The notes: generated by a model not told the origin, from the letters alone. A stretch of DNA of 64,000 bases from an uncultured virus (IMG/VR IMGVR_UViG_3300035181_002482) (IMGVR_UViG_3300035181_002482); one strand, 5' to 3'. Shown: positions 9,049 to 19,071, counted from the first letter of the stretch. Numbers and translations: made by a program.

Positions 9049-9076
9049 AACCTAACGGTCGTATCGATGCAGTCAA
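9049..9076 (-). promoter_or_regulatory. promoter TTGACT-N16-TAGGTT
   Basis: Repeated motif; ATG 6 nt downstream. Confidence 0.8.
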
Positions 9077-9079
9077 GGA

Positions 9080-9682
9080 TCAATCTTCTGCGACCCGGAA
9101 CCACGGTACGAGGGGGCGCGGATCGTGACCGGACACAACGAGATCGAGCAGGGTGCGAATCGAGTGCCTGCTCCCCACGGGATACCCCGACGAGTGAAGG
9201 CAGCTCGGCAGCTCCGTCTGTCCCGGGCGGATATCGAAAACGATCTCGTCGCCCTTCCCCCCGAGCTGCCCCAGCAGCACGATGGCCACCTTGCACGGGG
9301 TCACGATCCGCGAATCGATGGACCTCAGGATCACCGGGCCAACGAAGCCGTCTGCGTGAGCCTCGATCCTGCAGATCGCGTTCGGGTAAAGCACGGAGGC
9401 TGCCGCGTGAAGAACACCGTCCGTGACGGCGATCATGTTCGACGGCGGATTGAGAAGGGAGAAGGCGCTCACGTCCTGCGGGATCGACTTGTGCCTGATC
9501 CCGATCCAGCTGGCGGAGGGATCGATCATCAGCCGAGCAATGCCATCCTGGGTGAGGCTGAAGTGCGAGCGGGCATGGTTGGGGTTGAGCCCCGAGCGAC
9601 GCTGGAAGATGTGGCTCTTCAGGTGCTGCGGGGTCGCGTTCCATGCCTGCTTGATCCGGACGGCCGTATCGTGCTCTTGCAT
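9080..9682 (-). CDS. hypothetical protein
   Basis: 200-aa ORF; TAAGCT-N6-ATG. Confidence 0.7.
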   Translation of the reverse strand: MQEHDTAVRIKQAWNATPQHLKSHIFQRRSGLNPNHARSHFSLTQDGIARLMIDPSASWIGIRHKSIPQDVSAFSLLNPPSNMIAVTDGVLHAAASVLYPNAICRIEAHADGFVGPVILRSIDSRIVTPCKVAIVLLGQLGGKGDEIVFDIRPGQTELPSCLHSSGYPVGSRHSIRTLLDLVVSGHDPRPLVPWFRVAED

Positions 9683-9724
9683 CCCACGAGCTTAGGGGCG
9701 GATACCGCCGCCCCCGGTATCGAT

Positions 9725-9880
9725 TCACTCCGCGGCGGCGGGCATCGCCCTGGCGGCATCCTTGGCAGCCTGGCCCTTGTTCGCCTCCTCGACCAGCTGG
9801 GCCCAATACTTGAACATCGTCACCTGGACCCGGGTCAGCATATCGCCGGTGAGCACCATCCCTATTAGGTCTGTCAACAT
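9725..9880 (-). CDS. small hypothetical protein
   Basis: MLTDLIGM...; starts just after the upstream stop. Confidence 0.55.
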   Translation of the reverse strand: MLTDLIGMVLTGDMLTRVQVTMFKYWAQLVEEANKGQAAKDAARAMPAAAE

Positions 9881-9884
9881 CGAT

Positions 9885-10460
9885 TCAGCAGGACGTCTCT
9901 TCTTCGGTGGCCAGCATGGCTTCGCGCAGGTCAGGGTTTTCAGCGATGTGCTGCCCCAGGATGCGCTCCATCCGATCGAGGCGCTCCATGAGCCCAGGCT
10001 GGGCCCGGACGGCCGTTTCCCGCCCCCAGCCCTGCCTGCCCAGGGCAGCGATGAGCATCGTGAATTCCCGGTAAAGAACGTCAAGATCGAGAGGGCCTGA
10101 CTTCCTATCGATCTTGACGCGGATCACCGTCGGATAGGCCCAAAGAAGACCCCAGCCCGCCGGGATCTCGTCGGGGTCGACCATGCCCGCCGGCACAAGG
10201 TAGAATCGACGCTGACCCGATGCGCGCCCCTTGGGATCACGACGCCAGGGCTTCTCGGCATCGTGAAAGAAATCGGCGCGCGACACCTTTACCTCAATCA
10301 AGGTCGACCATCGATTGTGCCAGCCGATGCAATCCGGCTTCTCGCCCGTCCATGAGGGGAGGTCTGTGAGCACCACGCTGCATCCGTGTGCGTACAGCCA
10401 TGCGCAGCCTCGCTCAACCAGTTCCACATGCCCGAACGACGGAAACTCACGCTTGGCCAT
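9885..10460 (-). CDS. MmcB-like PD-(D/E)xK nuclease
   Basis: EKPDCIGW..IEVKVSRADF..RFYLVP..EIPAGWGLL. Confidence 0.8.
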   Translation of the reverse strand: MAKREFPSFGHVELVERGCAWLYAHGCSVVLTDLPSWTGEKPDCIGWHNRWSTLIEVKVSRADFFHDAEKPWRRDPKGRASGQRRFYLVPAGMVDPDEIPAGWGLLWAYPTVIRVKIDRKSGPLDLDVLYREFTMLIAALGRQGWGRETAVRAQPGLMERLDRMERILGQHIAENPDLREAMLATEEETSC

Positions 10461-10475
10461 GATCGATATCTAGCG

Positions 10476-11021
10476 TCACTCGATCCCGAAGTGCGCCGCC
10501 ACCTTGAGGAACTCCCGCTCGGCCTTCGCCTGCGACCAGACCTTGATCCGGATCGATTCGAAGGGAGGCAGCGGCGGGGGCTTCTTCCATTCACACGGGC
10601 GCAGCAGGTCGCGCTTCTCCGTGGCGAGCAAGCGAAGGTCGACATTGGTGGTGACGAACGGGTAACGGGGGTAAGAGATAGAGAACCTGTCGAGGATGGC
10701 GCGTTGCACCTTCAGCTCGAGCCGGTCGTGGTGCTTGTATCGCGCATCACGCTTGAACGGCGACGGAAGATCCCCAGTGTACGCCTCATGCCAGTCGTGT
10801 GTGAAGGCATGAATCTGGTTGCCGACATCAAAGGAGGCCGGGTAGCCAGGCAGCACGAGAAGGCTCGCCAGGACGCAATGCTGCGCGACCGTGTAACGAG
10901 TAGCTCCGTTGTATCGCGACTTGCTCGACAGGTGATAGGCGATATCGCCTAGATCGATATCATCGTGACGAAGGTCTTCGACATTGACCAAGCGCCCGGA
11001 TCGCATCTGCATCGTGATCAT
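10476..11021 (-). CDS. HD-domain phosphohydrolase (YfbR/YfdR-like)
   Basis: DIAYHLS..RYNG..YTVAQHC..HDWHEAYTGDLPSP..DLRLLATEKRDL. Confidence 0.9.
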   Translation of the reverse strand: MITMQMRSGRLVNVEDLRHDDIDLGDIAYHLSSKSRYNGATRYTVAQHCVLASLLVLPGYPASFDVGNQIHAFTHDWHEAYTGDLPSPFKRDARYKHHDRLELKVQRAILDRFSISYPRYPFVTTNVDLRLLATEKRDLLRPCEWKKPPPLPPFESIRIKVWSQAKAEREFLKVAAHFGIE

Positions 11022-11110
11022 GGGGCGATGATAACCACGGGTTGCGATGCACAAGGATGGGAAGAGAAAACCCCGATCATCTGGACCACGTTGCAGGGTC
11101 GCGACAATCA

Positions 11111-11185
11111 GGGCTTGGTGGCGGGAATCGAACCCGCGTTTCCCCGCTTCAGAGGCGAGTTACAGAACCTCGATGAGCCAACTGT
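11111..11185 (-). tRNA. degenerate tRNA-Gln(CTG)-like element
   Basis: T-arm GCGGG-TTCGATT-CCCGC and anticodon arm CTCGC-CTCTGAA-GCGGG; D-arm and acceptor stem poor. Confidence 0.55.
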
Positions 11186-11263
11186 GTGGATGCGAACCAC
11201 GGCCCCGTGAGGGGCTCACACTCTGAGCGGGTGTGGATGACGTTCACCGTCACCGCCCACCTG
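11178..11263 (-). ncRNA. class II tRNA-like cloverleaf
   Basis: TGACG/CGTCA arm, CACAC/GTGTG arm (9-nt loop), GCCCC/GGGGC variable arm, GTGG-TTCGCAT-CCAC T-like arm. Confidence 0.45.
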
Positions 11264-11295
11264 CCGCCCCGTCGTTGATGACGGGGCACATCGAT

Positions 11296-11391
11296 TCATG
11301 ACTCATCTTTCGATCGCGTGCTGCCGAATCCCGATCGGGGCTCCCAGGTCCCGTTGTCCGTCGCGAGCACCTTCAGGTTGAGGCTCTTCGT
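11296..11391 (-). pseudogene. 31-codon ORF with ACG at the leaderless start position
   Basis: ACG AAG AGC CTC... 7 nt after TAGGTT. Confidence 0.4.
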
Positions 11392-11398
11392 GCCCAAC

Positions 11399-11426
11399 AA
11401 CCTAATACGGATAACGACGGCGTCAA
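11399..11426 (-). promoter_or_regulatory. promoter TTGACG-N16-TAGGTT
   Basis: Repeated motif. Confidence 0.8.
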
Positions 11427-11439
11427 CGAAGATTCGACA

Positions 11440-11901
11440 TCACCGAAGAACAGGACCCCCGGGCGGATGCTTGCCAGCGGGGGTCACGCGGATCTGGGGG
11501 CTGAAGGCAGCGAGGTTGAGGATCGGGCCCTGCTGATCCTCGTCGAGGGAGCCGAGAGTCGATGCGAAGATTATCCGGACATCGCCATCGGGGTTCACCA
11601 GGCTGTCGATCTGCGTACCCATCGTCGAAGGGTGTGGCGCCTCGCTTGGCTTGGCCCGGAAACACCGGGAGAGCACGCTGCGCTTGGCTCCCCGGAAGTC
11701 ACTCACCCCCTCGATCTCGAATCCCCCGCCGGGAGTGAGGACCCCGTGCTGCCACCGCGAACCGGACACATGCACGATCAAGGCAAGGAAGCCGTTGAAG
11801 CGTGCAAAGAAGGCGATCCCCCCGTGATACTCGGTCGGCTTCCAGCCAAGCTCGTTGTCTGTGAGGGGTTCGCGCTCGATCCGGCGGCAGGTTGTCTTCA
11901 C
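11440..11901 (-). CDS. hypothetical protein
   Basis: TAGCCT-N7-GTG. Confidence 0.65.
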   Translation of the reverse strand: MKTTCRRIEREPLTDNELGWKPTEYHGGIAFFARFNGFLALIVHVSGSRWQHGVLTPGGGFEIEGVSDFRGAKRSVLSRCFRAKPSEAPHPSTMGTQIDSLVNPDGDVRIIFASTLGSLDEDQQGPILNLAAFSPQIRVTPAGKHPPGGPVLR

Positions 11902-11927
11902 ACCCGGGAGGCTAGCCAGGGTGTGAC

Positions 11928-12284
11928 CTATTTCTCCTTAGTTGAGAGCGCACTGAGATCAAGTGCCCAAGTCTCGGGCATCGCCGGGAGTTTTGCGATG
12001 CGATGGTCACGCAGCTCCGTCTCGAGGAACGCTATCGTCTCGGCGGCAGCATCGAGGCGATCGAGCGCGTTGATTCCCTCCTTGGCGAGGGCGAGCACCT
12101 CGGGCAACTGCTCCATCATGCACCCGAAATGGGGTGTAACGGAGCCGATGTTACTTCCGCCTGCCTGCAGCATCCCGATCCTGTTGAAGGTGGAGCTAGG
12201 GGTCGATCCCTTCACTTCGAGCCCCGGATAAGTGCGCTCGAAGGTATCGATCCAGGCGAGCGCTTCCCGTCGCGTGGGCTTCAC
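11928..12284 (-). CDS. hypothetical protein
   Basis: GTGA-coupled ORF. Confidence 0.7.
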   Translation of the reverse strand: MKPTRREALAWIDTFERTYPGLEVKGSTPSSTFNRIGMLQAGGSNIGSVTPHFGCMMEQLPEVLALAKEGINALDRLDAAAETIAFLETELRDHRIAKLPAMPETWALDLSALSTKEK

Positions 12285-12592
12285 AGGTCGAGCCCCATCT
12301 CACGCAGGCGGTCGAGCAGCACCTGGGCATCGCTCGGGTTCGGGGTGGGGTTGCACGGATCGAGATCCGCCATCGCTTGCGCCACGCTCTTCATGGGGTC
12401 GATCCAGTCAAAGGAATCGAACCCGGTCCTCCAGTTGTTGGGCGCGTTCGCGTCCCGGGTACGCAGCGTCGCCAGCTGCTTGTTCTCGGGGTTCATGATC
12501 GTGAAGGCCATCGTGCGCCCCTGGCCCAGATCGGCGACCACGAACCCGCTCACGAATTTCATCGGCACTGTCTTCCAGTCAGGTTGATCCAT
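12281..12592 (-). CDS. hypothetical protein
   Basis: Leaderless ATG after promoter. Confidence 0.75.
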   Translation of the reverse strand: MDQPDWKTVPMKFVSGFVVADLGQGRTMAFTIMNPENKQLATLRTRDANAPNNWRTGFDSFDWIDPMKSVAQAMADLDPCNPTPNPSDAQVLLDRLREMGLDL

Positions 12593-12867
12593 GCCCCCAA
12601 CCTAACGAGGGAAGATCCGCTGTCAACGGTCGGCTTCACACGTTGATGAAACATATCGCGGTGAGCCCGGACCCCCGCATCGATGTACGACCGGAACACC
12701 TTCTTGTCCTCGTCGAACAGGTCGCTGAGGTGCATGGTCACCACGGCGTCAACCACGTTGATCGGCACGGGCTGGGTCGTCATGGAGTAAGCCATGATCA
12801 CCGGCTGCTTCCGCCAGTTGTTATGCGTGGGGTCGATCGTCGCATGGATCGTCACCTCGAGCGCCAC
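12559..12867 (-). CDS. hypothetical protein
   Basis: 102-aa ORF. Confidence 0.65.
   Translation of the reverse strand: MALEVTIHATIDPTHNNWRKQPVIMAYSMTTQPVPINVVDAVVTMHLSDLFDEDKKVFRSYIDAGVRAHRDMFHQRVKPTVDSGSSLVRLGAWINLTGRQCR
12599..12626 (-). promoter_or_regulatory. promoter TTGACA-N16-TAGGTT
   Basis: Repeated motif inside the 3' end of the upstream ORF. Confidence 0.85.
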
Positions 12868-12879
12868 CGAGAAGCAGTA

Positions 12880-13017
12880 TCAATGGCTGGCGCAATGGTG
12901 AAAGGTGCCCTTGGCCATGCGACCAAGGAGCTGCCGGCCGGAAGGCAGCTCCACCAGAACCCACTCCTCGAGGTTGTCGTGAGCGAAAGCGATATCGAGA
13001 TCGTCGGGGGTTGTCAC
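12880..13017 (-). CDS. small hypothetical protein
   Basis: TAGTAT-N7-GTG; MTTPDDLDIAF... Confidence 0.5.
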   Translation of the reverse strand: MTTPDDLDIAFAHDNLEEWVLVELPSGRQLLGRMAKGTFHHCASH

Positions 13018-13027
13018 CCCCAGGATA

Positions 13028-13822
13028 CTAACCCAGCTTGAGGTGCGTCCGAAGGTCTTCGATCCCGCGCTTGGTGTTTGCCGTGAGGCACTTGACCAGG
13101 ATGTCGCGCACCCGGACGGCAACAAGGTCGGCTGCCTTGTGCTGGTCCATCCGGCGCAACTCGACAACGAGGATATCCACCTCGGCGACCATATCGGTCA
13201 TGGTCTCGACCGTGAAGCGATCCGTGAACTGCACGAGGGCTGCCGTGAGCAGCTTATCCTGGGCGCGCAGTCTAATGAAGGCGTCGAGCCCCTTGATGGC
13301 CACATCGGCGAGCTGCTTGAAGGGGGCGACGTGCTCCGCCTTCATCTCCTTACCGATAACATCGTTGTCGAACTGCTTGAACCGCAACTCGACCCGCTCG
13401 AGGATCGTCCCGATGCGTCCGAGATCATCGACAACGACCGCCGCGTTCTTGTCGGCGATGGACCGGATACCATCGACCACATCGGGCGCCATCATCCCGC
13501 TCCCCGTGGGCATCATGTTCTTCGGGAGCGCCTTCTTGACGCGGCTCATGTCCATCCACGCGATCGGAAGGTGCTCGTGAAAATGGGTGTGGAACTCGAC
13601 CCGATGGCAGAGGGTCTGCTGCTGGTCGGGATGGGCCTTGTTCCATTCCGACAGCTGATCGTTGAACTTGTTGTTGGCGGTGGGGGCCTCGGCTCCGTGG
13701 AGGATCACAAGCTCGTGCAGCCAGAAGAAAAGCGACTTATGCCACTTCAGCAGCTGACACACCTTGCAACCCGGCCGCTCAACAAATCCCCCCGCGTGAA
13801 TCGTTCTCTCGAAGACACTCAT
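13028..13822 (-). CDS. hypothetical protein with CxxC..H metal motif and helical C-terminus (possibly small-terminase-like)
   Basis: CKVC..HFHEH; function is a guess. Confidence 0.6.
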   Translation of the reverse strand: MSVFERTIHAGGFVERPGCKVCQLLKWHKSLFFWLHELVILHGAEAPTANNKFNDQLSEWNKAHPDQQQTLCHRVEFHTHFHEHLPIAWMDMSRVKKALPKNMMPTGSGMMAPDVVDGIRSIADKNAAVVVDDLGRIGTILERVELRFKQFDNDVIGKEMKAEHVAPFKQLADVAIKGLDAFIRLRAQDKLLTAALVQFTDRFTVETMTDMVAEVDILVVELRRMDQHKAADLVAVRVRDILVKCLTANTKRGIEDLRTHLKLG

Positions 13823-13843
13823 GACTCAACTCCTGGCGTTGAG

Positions 13844-15436
13844 TCATGAGGCACCATCCGATAACAACAATCCCAGACCGGCGCAGCGTTCGATGGCAGC
13901 CTCGGCGGCGCCCTGATACTCCCGGCGGAGCGTCACGATGGCATCCACCGGGCCATAGCCGGCCCCCCGCATGGCCCGCACCCGGGAAACCATGTCGTCC
14001 ATCGAGGGGCCCGGGGCTGCGGCAACGCGCGCCGCCTTCTTCTCCTTGCTCTCCTTGATGTATTCGGAGGGGACCGTGAAGGTGCCCTGCTCGAAGGCGA
14101 TGGCGAGGTGCAGCCCGTCCCCGAAGACATCTTTCACCACGAGGCCGGTCGCGCCCTTGTCGAGCTTGATCGTGCCGCCGCCGCGATTCTTGACCTCGAA
14201 TCCCTTGGTGAGGGCGACGGTATCGCCAACGGCGCCCATCGCCTGAAAGTCACGCTCACGCTCAGCCGGATCGATGTCGGTATCCTCCTGCGAGGGACCG
14301 AGCGCTGCCTTGATGCGATCGAGACTCACCGGGCCCGAGGCAACCCGGTAACCAGCCCCCGCGTAGGAGGGCGCCGAGATGGTCGAGGAGGCGAAGCTGA
14401 TCGTCACGATGCCGGCATTGCGATCGATGCGATCGACCCTGACGCCACCGATGAAACCGAGGCCGCGCGAGGCGATCTGCGACAGCAGGTACGAGCGGGA
14501 GACTGCCATGAGGTAGCCATCGGAAAGGTCGCGCGCCTGATCCTCGTCGAAGCGCACGCGCCCGATCAATCGATTCCCGCTCTGCATCACGGGGAGCAGC
14601 TGCAGCTTCACGTTGCCAGCCGCCACTGGAGCCCGCGCCGCCGTTCGGCTGTGATCCTGCCAGATCTCGTACACGATATCGATCGCGTCGAGGGCGTCGA
14701 CAGGATCGATGCCATGATCCTGCGAGAGCTTGTCGAGCATCGACTGCATCTCCGCGTCGGTCGAGGGAGCGGGGAGCGACCAATCATCGAGGAGCTGCAC
14801 AGCCTCGGTCATCTGAGCCTGGCGCGTATCGAACGAGGCGTCCCCGGTGAGGGCCGCGCGCAGGGCGTCCTGGCCATGACGCGAGGCGAACATGCCCCGG
14901 GAGGGCCTGGCCCAGGTCATCTCGACCATCGGGCTGCGTCGCGCCTCCTGGGCGGTCTGGGGCACCGAGTAGGGGCTCTGCCGGTGGGGGTTCTCGTGGA
15001 TGGAGTAACGCTGCACCAGCGCGGCGATGCTCGAGGGCGCGAGCACCACCGGGCTGCCGTTGACGAGCATCGTGCCGGGATCGACCACCTGGCCGGAGCG
15101 GATCACGACAGGGATATCCGCTTCGATGTGCGTCGCCGAAGCCGTCCGGCAGCGCATCTGCAGCATGATGACGGTATCCGTGGGCTGCATCCCCAGCGCC
15201 GCCATGTGATGCTGCACGTTGCGCGTCGCATCCTTGACGAAGTTGATGTAGGGATGGCTGGGGAAGGGCAGGCTCGAGAGAACCCGACGGCAGGCGATGA
15301 TTGCCTGGCGGCTGGCTTCCGCTGGGCTCAGGGTAGCGCCCCAGTCGGGATCGGCCCTGTGACCGATCGGGATGGTGTCCTTGCCCTTGAAGATGTCGGC
15401 CCTGCGCTTGGCGCGCAATTCCTCGAAGATGTTCAT
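13844..15436 (-). CDS. putative virion/head protein
   Basis: Likely start MNIFEEL; RxA linkers. Confidence 0.65.
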   Translation of the reverse strand: MNIFEELRAKRRADIFKGKDTIPIGHRADPDWGATLSPAEASRQAIIACRRVLSSLPFPSHPYINFVKDATRNVQHHMAALGMQPTDTVIMLQMRCRTASATHIEADIPVVIRSGQVVDPGTMLVNGSPVVLAPSSIAALVQRYSIHENPHRQSPYSVPQTAQEARRSPMVEMTWARPSRGMFASRHGQDALRAALTGDASFDTRQAQMTEAVQLLDDWSLPAPSTDAEMQSMLDKLSQDHGIDPVDALDAIDIVYEIWQDHSRTAARAPVAAGNVKLQLLPVMQSGNRLIGRVRFDEDQARDLSDGYLMAVSRSYLLSQIASRGLGFIGGVRVDRIDRNAGIVTISFASSTISAPSYAGAGYRVASGPVSLDRIKAALGPSQEDTDIDPAERERDFQAMGAVGDTVALTKGFEVKNRGGGTIKLDKGATGLVVKDVFGDGLHLAIAFEQGTFTVPSEYIKESKEKKAARVAAAPGPSMDDMVSRVRAMRGAGYGPVDAIVTLRREYQGAAEAAIERCAGLGLLLSDGAS

Positions 15437-15477
15437 CCTCAAGATATGTGCGCTGCCCTGGGGCAAACGCGATCGGC

Positions 15478-16758
15478 TCAGCGAATCTCCTTCCAGGTGA
15501 GCCCGGCTCGAACGGCGCCGGTTGACGTGAGAGCGGCTGCGGTCACAAGGAGCCCGTCTTCGGGAGTCACCTGTAGCCCGTTGTGCCTGATGCCAGATCC
15601 GATATCGAAGAATCTGGAGATATCGATCTCTCGGCCTTCGGTGACCGTGGTGGTGGTGAAGGTAGCCAAGAGCTGTCCACCGCTGAATGCGGTCGGGATG
15701 GTGGTTGGCGTAGCCTCGGCGATCGATGTTGCTCCTACAGGAGCAAAGGTGCCACCGGTGAGGGAGGTGATCCTTCGAAAGAGCTTCCATCGAAAGCGCA
15801 CCGTCGAGCATTCGATCGACAGCATCTGCGGGACAAGGGTGCCCCGATTCGCTTGCCCTGCAACGGTAACGAGAGGGCGAAGGTACAGAATGGGAAGGTC
15901 GACAAGAAGAACCGTCACGTTCGCAGAGTTGGCAACACTGAATGTCTGCGCTGGAAAGCCAGCTTCCGCTGACATCGTGATCGATCCGCCTGCAAAGAAG
16001 GTCGTGCCGCCCGTGCCAGCAGCGTTCGTGATCGTCTCGACCATGAGCGGAAGAGGACAGGCGGGCAGCAGGGGCAGGGTGAGACCCGCATCTGTCACAC
16101 GATGCACAAGGATGCCATCGATATAGAAATCGACGACACCACCGGCTGAGAAGCGAATCTCGTAGATGTGCTGGATCAGCGGATTATGGGTGACACCGCT
16201 TGAGCCCGTGCCATCCATCTTGTCGACGTTCCAGGCATTCTGGAGCACGTTGATAGGCGAGCTGATACCCGTGGTGCTGCGGATGCCGATGGCGAGGGTG
16301 TTCGTGCCGAGACGCTCGAAGTAAGCGCCGTCGAGCAGGTACGATCCCCAGCGCCGGGTCACGGTCGCGATGCCCGCGTTGGGCTCGCGGATCAGGAGCT
16401 TGGCCTCGATCGTGCGGCCGGGATGAAAGGGGGCTGCCGTGTGCGATTGGATCTGCGCTGTGCTGCCACCCGTCGCGGTTGTGGTGAGTGCAACCTCGTT
16501 GGTAACGGTGCTGTGTGTGAGCGTGCCGCCACTGACGACCGCTTGCCCCCAGACATCCGCGGGGATACCGATGCGGAAGCTCTCACTCATCAGCAACGTC
16601 GTATCTGCGACGCGCGCTTGGTTGTCGAGGGTGAGGCCCTGGCTAAAGGGCTGCACCACGAGGGGACGTTGAGCGGCTACGCTTCCGACCCGCGCCTCGG
16701 CGCCCATGGGGCGACCGGTGGAATCATACAGGATAACAGCAGGCGATTCGTTGGACAT
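15478..16758 (-). CDS. putative virion beta-sandwich protein
   Basis: Thr/Gly-rich; WNVDKMDGTGSSG, VDFYIDG. Confidence 0.7.
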   Translation of the reverse strand: MSNESPAVILYDSTGRPMGAEARVGSVAAQRPLVVQPFSQGLTLDNQARVADTTLLMSESFRIGIPADVWGQAVVSGGTLTHSTVTNEVALTTTATGGSTAQIQSHTAAPFHPGRTIEAKLLIREPNAGIATVTRRWGSYLLDGAYFERLGTNTLAIGIRSTTGISSPINVLQNAWNVDKMDGTGSSGVTHNPLIQHIYEIRFSAGGVVDFYIDGILVHRVTDAGLTLPLLPACPLPLMVETITNAAGTGGTTFFAGGSITMSAEAGFPAQTFSVANSANVTVLLVDLPILYLRPLVTVAGQANRGTLVPQMLSIECSTVRFRWKLFRRITSLTGGTFAPVGATSIAEATPTTIPTAFSGGQLLATFTTTTVTEGREIDISRFFDIGSGIRHNGLQVTPEDGLLVTAAALTSTGAVRAGLTWKEIR

Positions 16759-16765
16759 AGTAGCC

Positions 16766-17119
16766 TCACGAGATAGTACGCGTTCGGTTCGTTTCGAAGG
16801 GTCCGCTGTAGGTGATGACATCGGTTACAGCTCCCGCGACCGTCACACCATCAGCAAGGAACGCACGCCAGATAATCTGCGTGGGATTCTGGGCGGCATC
16901 ACGAGTGATGACCTTCTCCATAATCTTGAGGGTCTTCCCGCTATCTGTCCACCAGATCACGCTCGAGACAAAGGGCGCACCCAGGGTCTCGCGGAAGATA
17001 CCGGTAGGGAAACCCTCCATAGGGCCGTTCTCGGCCATATGAATGAGTTGCCGGAGTCCACCATGCGATACACGCTTGATGGCTCCGGCATTGGTCTGGA
17101 TCAGCTTGTCATCAGCCAT
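16766..17119 (-). CDS. putative structural protein
   Basis: 117-aa ORF in structural block. Confidence 0.7.
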   Translation of the reverse strand: MADDKLIQTNAGAIKRVSHGGLRQLIHMAENGPMEGFPTGIFRETLGAPFVSSVIWWTDSGKTLKIMEKVITRDAAQNPTQIIWRAFLADGVTVAGAVTDVITYSGPFETNRTRTIS

Positions 17120-17149
17120 GGATGGATACTATACCACCCATGCCTCGAT

Positions 17150-17479
17150 CTATTGTGTGCGCGTCAAGACACCCTTGGACGTCTCGATGGTCCAGGTGCC
17201 GCTGTTCAGATCGATGGTGAGCTTCTGCGCCTGCTCGGCGGAGATCTTCCGAAGCTCCTGGGTGAGGTTGCCGGCGTTCGTGGCAAGCACCAGGAGATCG
17301 ACGACTCCCATCCCGATACGCCGGTGAAGCTCGTCGCGAGCTTCACCTATTTCGATGACGCGCTTGGCCGCATCGGGTTCAAGAGAAACGGAACCCCCCG
17401 GCTCGACATTTCGAGCAGCGGGGGGCTGGGTTGAGGCGGTGGTGTTCTGGGGTTTGGCGGGGCGGTTCTTGCGAGCCAT
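17150..17479 (-). CDS. hypothetical protein
   Basis: GGAGG RBS before MARKNRP. Confidence 0.7.
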   Translation of the reverse strand: MARKNRPAKPQNTTASTQPPAARNVEPGGSVSLEPDAAKRVIEIGEARDELHRRIGMGVVDLLVLATNAGNLTQELRKISAEQAQKLTIDLNSGTWTIETSKGVLTRTQ

Positions 17480-17515
17480 GGGTTCCTCCATAGTACCCGC
17501 CCGACCCCAGGAACA

Positions 17516-19048
17516 TCAGAGCGTGATCGCCGACTTGACCTGGACCAGGACGGTGGCCGTCTTGGAGCCGGCGTAGCCCGTGGCGTCGACGCAGATGCCG
17601 ACCTCGGCCAGGATCCCGCCCGTGGGCGCCGTCGCCGTGAGCTTGCCCGCGCCGGCACCCGAGTCGTCGGTCGAGGCCGCGAGCCACACCGGGTCGCCGG
17701 GGTTCGGGGCGCCGCCGTCCGTGGTGAACTTCGCGGTCGCGATACCGGCGAGGATGAAGGTGCCGGAGGTGCCGGCGATGCCGACCACGCGCGAGGAGCT
17801 GATGGCCAGCGAGTCGGTCTTGGCGACGGTGTTCGTCGCCGAGACGTAGCCGACATCACCGGCCGAGAGCGCCGTGGTGGACAGCGTCCCGGGAGCGAAC
17901 AGCACGCTCGAGGTGATGTTGCTGTGGGTGTGGAGGGCCGAGGCGTCGGAGCCGCTGCCCGCCGTGAGGGTGTTGAGGTTTGCCGCCGTGACCGAGGGCG
18001 CCGTGAGGACGCTGTCGATCTTGAAGCTCAGGGGCAGATTGACCTGGCCCACGCTCGCGTCGAGGACCGCGCCCGCGGGGACCGTGGTCGTGACGCCCGA
18101 TGCGCCGAGCGTGATCCCGCTCGTGCTCACGGTGCCGATGAGCACCTGGCCGTTCGTGCCGGCTCCACCATTGCTGCCGCCATCGATGACCACGTTGCCG
18201 CCAGCACCCGTGCCGGCGCGACCGCCGACAAGGGTGAGGGCGCCTCCAAGGCCGTTGCCGCTGTTCGCTGCGCCGGCCTTGATGGTCAGCTTGCCACCAG
18301 GCGCGTTGCCCGACGCGCTGCTGTCGCGGACATCGATCAGATGGTCGTTGTCCGAGAGGAAGTGCAGGTCTCCGTTGACCGAAGCGACGACCGTCAGGTT
18401 GTCGGAAACGGCGTCACCGATGATGGTGTTGCCATTGATCGTGGCATCGCTCGTGAAGGTCGCGCCGCCGGTGACGGTCTCGGTGCCATTGACGGCGAGG
18501 TTGCCGAGGATGGTGGTCGTTGCGCCGTTCTTGCCGATGCTGACGCCGGTGGTATTCGCCCCACCGCCAATGATGAGGGCGCCGGACGTTGAGCGATCGA
18601 TTCCTCCGTTGGCATTCACCAGGCCAGCGACCGTCACGGCTGCGGAGGCGGTGATATCCCCGGTGACCCCGAGGGTGCTGCTGAGCGTGGCCGCGCCGGT
18701 GACGCCGATGGTGCCGCCCACGGAGGCGTTGTTCGTGACCGTGAGGGCCGTGCCCGCCGCGGAGAAGGTCGCGGCGCCCGAGACGTCGACCGCGCCGGGG
18801 CCGAGGGTGACCGCGCCAGAGCTGCTCTTGAACGCGCCGCTGCTGGCGGAGAAATCGAGGGCGCCCGTGCCGGCGAGGCTGACGAGATCCTTGTTGGTAT
18901 TGATCTGGATCTGGCTGCCGCTGGCATCGAGGATCAGGGGGATCGACGAGCCCGTGTCGCTCGAGATGCCCGTCCCGACAAGGAGCATGTCGGTACGGAT
19001 CTGGGTGTTGGTAGCGGCCTTGAGAACGAGTGCGCGAAGCTGGGACAT
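17516..19048 (-). CDS. Gly/Thr/Ala-rich fiber or decoration protein
   Basis: Beta-repeat composition; C-terminal GDVGYV..VVGIA..GDPVWL..GKLTATAP domain. Confidence 0.75.
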   Translation of the reverse strand: MSQLRALVLKAATNTQIRTDMLLVGTGISSDTGSSIPLILDASGSQIQINTNKDLVSLAGTGALDFSASSGAFKSSSGAVTLGPGAVDVSGAATFSAAGTALTVTNNASVGGTIGVTGAATLSSTLGVTGDITASAAVTVAGLVNANGGIDRSTSGALIIGGGANTTGVSIGKNGATTTILGNLAVNGTETVTGGATFTSDATINGNTIIGDAVSDNLTVVASVNGDLHFLSDNDHLIDVRDSSASGNAPGGKLTIKAGAANSGNGLGGALTLVGGRAGTGAGGNVVIDGGSNGGAGTNGQVLIGTVSTSGITLGASGVTTTVPAGAVLDASVGQVNLPLSFKIDSVLTAPSVTAANLNTLTAGSGSDASALHTHSNITSSVLFAPGTLSTTALSAGDVGYVSATNTVAKTDSLAISSSRVVGIAGTSGTFILAGIATAKFTTDGGAPNPGDPVWLAASTDDSGAGAGKLTATAPTGGILAEVGICVDATGYAGSKTATVLVQVKSAITL

Positions 19049-19071
19049 TCTTTACCTATCGTGGTGAGAGG

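Noticed and set aside
11111..11210. tmRNA (GGGGCC ... GGTTCGATTCCCGCCACCA)
   Set aside because: Far too short, no matching acceptor stem and no tag frame between the ends
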